DNA of 64,000 bases, from assembly GCA_038231275.1 (NCBI GenBank), contig JBBRLQ010000005.1, positions 192,001 through 256,000 on the forward strand, in the 5' to 3' direction. The position numbers were made by a program, and so were the translations under genes. Positions 58,536-64,000 of this stretch are shown here, in pieces; the stretch's first letter is position 1; the number at the start of each line of letters is the position of its first letter. The DNA is from Polyangiales bacterium. Lineage in GTDB: Bacteria > Myxococcota_A > Polyangia > Polyangiales > Polyangiaceae. The notes beneath the pieces are model-generated. The model saw nothing but the letters and a program-made list of their open reading frames with translations. It ran no database searches and was not told the origin of the DNA.

Positions 58536-59395
58536 AGAGCACGAAGATGGAGTGGAGCAAGGCCAAGGGCTACGAGGACATCGTCTACGAGAAGGTGCTC
58601 CTCCCCCGCGACGACGATCCGGCGACGCCCCTCGGCGGCATCGCGAAGATCACGATCAACCGCCCCGAGGTCCGGAACGCCTTCCGCCCGCGCACGGTGG
58701 TGGAGATGAGCCGCGCGATGAACGACGCGCGCGACGACTCCGACGTCGGCGTCGTCATCCTGACCGGCGCCGGCGACAAGGCCTTTTGCTCCGGCGGCGA
58801 TCAGCGGGTCCGCGGCGAGGGCGGCTACGTCGGCGAGGACGGCGTCGCGCGCCTCAACGTGCTCGATCTCCAGCGCCAGATTCGCACACTCCCCAAGCCG
58901 GTCGTCGCGATGGTCGCCGGCTACGCGATCGGCGGCGGCCACGTCCTCCACATGATGTGCGATCTCACGATCGCCGCCGACAACGCGCGCTTCGGCCAGA
59001 CCGGTCCCAAGGTCGGCAGCTTCGACGGCGGCTACGGCGCCTCCTACATGGCGCGCATCGTCGGCCAGAAAAAGGCGCGCGAGATCTGGTTTTTGTGCCG
59101 CCAGTACGACGCCAAGCAAGCGCTCGACATGGGGCTCGTGAACCACGTCGTACCGCTCGCCGATCTCGAGGACGAGACGGTGAAGTGGTGCAAAGAGATG
59201 CTCTACAACAGCCCCCTCGCGCTCCGCTGCATCAAAGCGTCGCTCAACGCCGACTGCGACGGTCAGGCCGGCCTCCAGGAGCTCGCCGGCAACGCGACGC
59301 TCCTCTACTACATGACCGAGGAGGGCAAAGAGGGGAAGAAGGCGTTCCTCGAGAAGCGGAAGCCCAATTTCGGCCGGTTCAAGCGGCTGCCGTGA
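58532..59395 (+). CDS. menB: 1,4-dihydroxy-2-naphthoyl-CoA synthase
   Basis: [35 protein letters not shown]. Confidence 0.97.
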   Translation: MKSTKMEWSKAKGYEDIVYEKVLLPRDDDPATPLGGIAKITINRPEVRNAFRPRTVVEMSRAMNDARDDSDVGVVILTGAGDKAFCSGGDQRVRGEGGYVGEDGVARLNVLDLQRQIRTLPKPVVAMVAGYAIGGGHVLHMMCDLTIAADNARFGQTGPKVGSFDGGYGASYMARIVGQKKAREIWFLCRQYDAKQALDMGLVNHVVPLADLEDETVKWCKEMLYNSPLALRCIKASLNADCDGQAGLQELAGNATLLYYMTEEGKEGKKAFLEKRKPNFGRFKRLP

Positions 59396-60321
59396 GCGCG
59401 CGCCCCGCGGCGAGCATGGAGGCGTCGCCGCGCGCGGCGCCTGGATCGCTGCGTGCGTGGATCCTCGCGATCCGGCCGGCGACGCTCACCGTGGGCCTCT
59501 CGCCGGTGCTCGTCGGGGCCGCGGTCGCGTCGCGCGAAGGTGCGACGCGCGTAGGGGCGATCGTCGCGGCGCTGCTCGGGGCGATTTTTCTCCAAATCGG
59601 ATCGAACCTCGCGAACGACGTCTTCGATCACGAGAAGGGGGCGGACGGGCCCGATCGTCTTGGGCCGCTCCGCGTCACGCAGGCGGGGCTCCTCTCGCCG
59701 TCGGCGGTGCGCGCCGGGATGGTCGTGGCCTTCGCGCTCGCGATGGTGGTGGGCGTCTACCTCACGAACGTCGCCGGGTGGCCGATCGTCGCGATCGGCC
59801 TCGCCTCGATCGCGTCGGCGATCGCGTACACCGGCGGGCCGTTTCCGCTCGGCTATCACGGGCTCGGTGACGTGTTCGTGTTCGTGTTCTTCGGGCTCGT
59901 CGCGGTGTGTGGGACCGCCTTCGTGGCGACCGGGGGCGTGCCGCTCTTGGCGTGGCTCGCGGCGGTACCGGTCGGGTGCCTCGCGACGTGCGTGCTCGTC
60001 GTGAACAACGTCCGCGATCGCGAGACCGATGTCCGCGTCGGCAAGCGCACGCTCGCAGTGAGGTTCGGGCGCGGCTTCGGCGTGGGCGAGTACGTCGTCC
60101 TCGCGGTCGCCGCGTACGCCGTCCCGATCGCGCTCGTCGTGGCGGGGATGGGTGGGCCGTTCGTGCTTTTGCCGCTCCTCACGGCGCCGATCGCGGTGGG
60201 CCTCGCGCGCACGGTCGCGCGGTCGACCGATGGACCGACGTTGAACCGCGCGCTCGCCTCGACGGCACGACTCCTCCTCTTCCATAGCGTCCTCTTCGCC
60301 GCCGGCCTCGCGATGCGATGA
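59392..60321 (+). CDS. menA: DHNA polyprenyltransferase
   Basis: [37 protein letters not shown]. Confidence 0.95.
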   Translation: MSARPAASMEASPRAAPGSLRAWILAIRPATLTVGLSPVLVGAAVASREGATRVGAIVAALLGAIFLQIGSNLANDVFDHEKGADGPDRLGPLRVTQAGLLSPSAVRAGMVVAFALAMVVGVYLTNVAGWPIVAIGLASIASAIAYTGGPFPLGYHGLGDVFVFVFFGLVAVCGTAFVATGGVPLLAWLAAVPVGCLATCVLVVNNVRDRETDVRVGKRTLAVRFGRGFGVGEYVVLAVAAYAVPIALVVAGMGGPFVLLPLLTAPIAVGLARTVARSTDGPTLNRALASTARLLLFHSVLFAAGLAMR

Positions 60322-61385
60322 ACGCCGCGTTCGAGCTCGTCTACGGCGAGATCGCGCTCGCGTCGCCGATCACGACGTCGCGCGGTACCTGGACGCATCG
60401 GCGCGGCGTGATCCTTCGACTTCGCGACGCGGAAGGTCGGGTCGGCCACGGCGAGGCCACGCCGCTCCCCGGCTACTCGCCCGACGGCGTCGACGATTGC
60501 GCGCGTGCGCTCGAACGGGTGGCGCGGGAGGTCGATCCGAACGCGCTTCATGTCGCGTCGCGCTTCGACGAGGCCCTCGCGGGAGTGCCGTGCGCGCGGT
60601 TCGCGCTCGAGACCGCGCTCGTCGATCTCGCATCGCAGCGCGCGGGCGTCAGCGTCGCGTCGGTGCTCGCGGGCCTCGCGGGAGGTCGCGCGCTGGACGA
60701 GGTGGCGCTGTCCGCGCTGGTCGATCTCGCGTCGCCCGAGATGGAGACGCGCGCAATGGACCTGATTCAGCGCGGCGTGACGACGGTGAAGGCAAAGATC
60801 GGCACGCGGGCGCGCGACATCGAGCTCGCGGCCCTCGCGCGCCTGCGCCACGCGGTCGGTCCGGCCGTGCGCCTGCGCCTCGACGCGAACGGCGCCTTCG
60901 ACGTGCACGGCGCGGCCACGCTTCTTCGGGACGTCGCGCCCTTCGCGCCCGAGCTCGTGGAAGAGCCGACGTCGGGCGAAGCCCTGCTCGCCCTCGCCGC
61001 GAGCCCGGTGCCGTGGGGCGCCGACGAATCTTTGCAAGATGCACGCATCGCCGATCGGCTTCTTTCGTCGGCGTGCGCGGCGTTCGTCGTCAAGCCGCAG
61101 CTCTACGGTCTCCACGCCGGGCGCGATCTTGCGATGCGCGCGCTCGCGGCGGGGAAGGGTGTGGTGGTCACGCACCTCTTCGACGGACCGGTCGCCCTCG
61201 CGGCCGCGTGCGAGCTCGCGCTCTCCCTCGCCCTCCCCCTCGCGCGCCCGCCGCTCGCATGCGGCCTCGACCACCACGCGTCGCTGGGACTCTTCGGCGA
61301 AGCCGATGTGCCCCAGCTCGTCCATGCGGACCGCGGACGCGTCGTCTCGCACGCGCCGGGGCTCGGCGTCGCGCTCTGCAAGTAG
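60318..61385 (+). CDS. menC: o-succinylbenzoate synthase
   Basis: [26 protein letters not shown] enolase-superfamily motifs; operon context. Confidence 0.88.
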   Translation: MNAAFELVYGEIALASPITTSRGTWTHRRGVILRLRDAEGRVGHGEATPLPGYSPDGVDDCARALERVAREVDPNALHVASRFDEALAGVPCARFALETALVDLASQRAGVSVASVLAGLAGGRALDEVALSALVDLASPEMETRAMDLIQRGVTTVKAKIGTRARDIELAALARLRHAVGPAVRLRLDANGAFDVHGAATLLRDVAPFAPELVEEPTSGEALLALAASPVPWGADESLQDARIADRLLSSACAAFVVKPQLYGLHAGRDLAMRALAAGKGVVVTHLFDGPVALAAACELALSLALPLARPPLACGLDHHASLGLFGEADVPQLVHADRGRVVSHAPGLGVALCK

Positions 61386-61419
61386 CTCGACCTCGCCGAG
61401 CCTTCGGGCTATTTGAGCG

Positions 61420-62814
61420 GTGATGCGCCTCCGCGCCCTCGCCGCCGCGCGCGACGCCGACGCCCGCACTGCCCTTGTCCTTCCCGGCGGCGAACGCGTT
61501 TCGTACGCGAAGCTCGGCGAGCGGGTCGGGCGCGTCACCGAGGTCCTCCGTCAGAGCGGCGTGGTCCCGCGCGCGCGCGTGGCGATGTGGGGGACGACGC
61601 GTGAGCCGACGCTCCTCGCGATCCTCGCGACGCTGGAGCTCGGCGCCACGCTGGTGCCGGTCCATCCGCGCCTCGTCGCGACCGAAGCCGAGACGCTCAT
61701 CCGCGCGTCGACGCCGGTGCGCACGTTCCTCGAGGACGATCTCGACGAGCTCGCCGATCGCGCGTCCCACGGCCCCATCGCGCCCGCGCAGCCCCCGCCC
61801 TCGCCGAACGATCCGCTCGCCGTCCTCTTCACGTCGGGCTCCACCGGGCGCCCCAAGGGGGCCATCCTCTCGCGCGCGGCGTTCCTCGCCAGCGCCGACG
61901 CGAGCGCGAAGAACCTCGGGTGGCGCGACGACGACGCCTGGCTCCTCGCGATGCCGCTCTGCCACGTCGGCGGCCTGTCGATCGTCACGCGTTGCCTCGC
62001 CGCGCGCCGCACGATCGTCCTGCACGAGCGCTTCGACGCGGACGCCACCCTCGCGGCGATCGAGGACGGCGTCACGCTCGTCTCGGTCGTGCCCACGATG
62101 TTGAAACGCCTCCTCGAGGCCGACACGAAGAACGTCCTCGCACGAACGCGCGCGCTCCTCGTCGGCGGCGCGGCGTGCCCACCTTCGCTTCTCACGGAGT
62201 GCGCGTCGCGCGGCGTCCTCGCGCTCACGACGTACGGGCTCACCGAGGCGTGTTCCCAGGTTTCGTCGCAGGCGCCGCGCGATCCCCGGAGCGCCGAGCC
62301 GGGAAGCGGCAGACCGCTCGACGGGACCGAGCTAGCGATCGTCGACGGCCATATCCACGTGCGCGGCGCGACGATGATGGACGGGTACCTCGGCGAAGCG
62401 CCGCTCGCGCCGGGCGCATGGTTCGACACCGGCGATCTCGGCGAGCTCGACGACGAGGGGCGTCTCCACGTGCACACGCGCCGGGTCGATCTCGTGGTGA
62501 CCGGTGGCGAGAACGTCTACCCCGCCGAGATTGAAGCCGCGCTCGAGTGCTGTCCAGGCGTGCGGCGCGCGTTCGTGTTCGGCGTCCCCAACGCCGAGTG
62601 GGGCGAGCTCGTGGCGTGCGCGATCGAGCGCGATCCAGCCCGCGATGTGGCCGAGTCGGAAATTTACACGTCGATGACGCGCGTCTTGGCGACCCACAAG
62701 AGGCCGCGCCGCGTCGCGTTCGTCGATGCGCTGCCCACCCTCGGCGAGAAGCTCGATCGCGCGCGCGGCAAGGAAAATTACGCGGGATCCGTGCGCCCGT
62801 GGACAAAGGCGTGA
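61420..62814 (+). CDS. menE: o-succinylbenzoate-CoA ligase
   Basis: FTSGSTGRPKG, TYGLTE, TGDLG, GGENVYP.EIE; operon context. Confidence 0.9.
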   Translation: MMRLRALAAARDADARTALVLPGGERVSYAKLGERVGRVTEVLRQSGVVPRARVAMWGTTREPTLLAILATLELGATLVPVHPRLVATEAETLIRASTPVRTFLEDDLDELADRASHGPIAPAQPPPSPNDPLAVLFTSGSTGRPKGAILSRAAFLASADASAKNLGWRDDDAWLLAMPLCHVGGLSIVTRCLAARRTIVLHERFDADATLAAIEDGVTLVSVVPTMLKRLLEADTKNVLARTRALLVGGAACPPSLLTECASRGVLALTTYGLTEACSQVSSQAPRDPRSAEPGSGRPLDGTELAIVDGHIHVRGATMMDGYLGEAPLAPGAWFDTGDLGELDDEGRLHVHTRRVDLVVTGGENVYPAEIEAALECCPGVRRAFVFGVPNAEWGELVACAIERDPARDVAESEIYTSMTRVLATHKRPRRVAFVDALPTLGEKLDRARGKENYAGSVRPWTKA

Positions 62815-62938
62815 TTGCCGAAGCCGACGCGACGCGGTGGCGCGCGCGACAATCTGCCCGGGCGATCGCCTCACGAAACGCACTCGCCCGATATCCAGGC
62901 GCGTGCGGACGGGCACGGATCTGGCACCATGGGAGCAC

Positions 62939-64000
62939 ATGAGCGCCGCCTTTGCCGACTGGCCGAAACCGGGGCCCATCGACCTGACGCTTCACGATCC
63001 CCCGCACGGGTCGTCGTCCACCGAGTGGTGGTACGTCAACACGCACTTCGAAGCCGAGGACGGACGGCCCTTCTCGCTCTTCGCGGCGTTCTTCCGGATC
63101 CGCAAGCCGAACGGCGCGCCCGGCGCGAAGCCCGAGTACGCGTACTCGGTGACGTGGGCGCTCACCGACGTGACGACGAGCGCGTACTACCCCGACTCGC
63201 GCGTCGACAAGAGCGCGCCCAAGATGGGCATCGAGCGCATCAAGAGCGGCAAAGGCTCGCGCGACCCGCGTCTCAACCGCGCCATGACCGAGGTGCTCGA
63301 GCGGGGCAAGATACCGGGCCCCGACCGCGTCTTCGACGGCGACATCTTCGTCGCGGAGGGCCGGCTCGAGCTCGACTACGCGGGTGCGCGCTTCGAGAAG
63401 CAGGCCGACGGCACCTACCGCCTCCAGGTCGCGAACGATCGCGTGCGCGCGGCGGCCGACATCACGTTCACCCTGAAAAAGACGCCGATCCGCCACGGCG
63501 ACGACGGCGTCGTGAAGGGCCACGCCGGCGAGGACATGTTCTACTACTTCGTGCCGCGCTGCGACGTCGCAGGCACAGTGACGGTCCGCGGCGAGACGCT
63601 GCGCGTCGCGAAGGGCAACGGCTGGTACGACCACGAGTTCGGCGGCCCGACGAAGGAGCAAGCCGAGCGCGCGAAGAAGGAGAAGCCGGTCGACGTCGCG
63701 TGGAACTGGATCGGCGCGCAGCTCGAGGGCGGCACCGAGGTCAGCGCCTACTCGCTCGTGCGCGCGGAGGACGGCAAGGTGCTGTGGCAGTGGGCGGTCG
63801 TCATCGATCCGTCCGGCGCGGCGCGCTCGCACCACGGCGTCATGCTCACGCCCGGCCGCACGTGGCGGAGCACGCGCACGTTCCACGACTACCCGACGGC
63901 GTGGAAGCTCGACGTCCCCGAGGCGGAGCTCTCCCTCGAGGTGTCGGCCGCGTTCGATGACCAGGAGCTCATCACCGTCATCTCGAAGCCCGCGTTCTGG
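62939..64000 (+). CDS. AttH/CrtC-like lipocalin-fold protein, partial (runs off the right edge)
   Basis: Read manually (not in the ORF track): MSAAFADWPKPGPIDLTLHDPPHGSSSTEWWYVNTH...GWYDHEF...WNW...DQELITVISKPAFW; RBS GGAG. Confidence 0.75.
   Translation, partial: MSAAFADWPKPGPIDLTLHDPPHGSSSTEWWYVNTHFEAEDGRPFSLFAAFFRIRKPNGAPGAKPEYAYSVTWALTDVTTSAYYPDSRVDKSAPKMGIERIKSGKGSRDPRLNRAMTEVLERGKIPGPDRVFDGDIFVAEGRLELDYAGARFEKQADGTYRLQVANDRVRAAADITFTLKKTPIRHGDDGVVKGHAGEDMFYYFVPRCDVAGTVTVRGETLRVAKGNGWYDHEFGGPTKEQAERAKKEKPVDVAWNWIGAQLEGGTEVSAYSLVRAEDGKVLWQWAVVIDPSGAARSHHGVMLTPGRTWRSTRTFHDYPTAWKLDVPEAELSLEVSAAFDDQELITVISKPAFW

Noticed and set aside
62911-62937. Two overlapping GG-N10-GC boxes before the AttH-like gene
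   Set aside because: One would start transcription inside the gene and the other has a weak -12; a GGAG RBS explains the region

Overview
Very GC-rich bacterial DNA. The gene content (many Cys-rich lipoproteins, Ser/Thr kinases, an FHA-sigma54 activator and a kinase-linked sigma factor) suggests a myxobacterium, probably Polyangiales-like; this taxonomy is inference. Contents from left to right: (i) an envelope thiol/heme redox cluster with two thioredoxin-fold lipoproteins, a DUF6029-like barrel and a convergent thioredoxin-fold/MauG-type diheme fusion; (ii) an aldolase-SDR, a hydrolase/XRE pair and two lipoproteins behind a sigma54 promoter with a long pyrimidine-rich leader; (iii) tRNA-Val(GAC) carrying a 1.7-kb decayed integrative element (45-bp att repeat, integrase and TIR/NDT-like fragments), followed by accessory DNA with several deletion-collapsed genes; (iv) a small-ORF cassette, ydiJ, a sigma factor/ZAS-kinase pair and a long run of lipoproteins (zincin-like with a 6-Cys repeat, PTP, ice-binding, serpin); (v) pntAB, a kinase, an amidohydrolase, an H1-like protein, DyP and a DACNV-type diadenylate cyclase; (vi) a compact classical menaquinone operon and a partial AttH/CrtC-like gene. 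Window-wide signals are frequent TANNNT boxes 6-8 nt before start codons (possible leaderless mRNAs), recurrent D-[AG]-[GA] linker motifs and a 19-bp REP-like repeat. No CRISPR array or rRNA was seen. All family assignments are by eye from motifs; no database searches were run.
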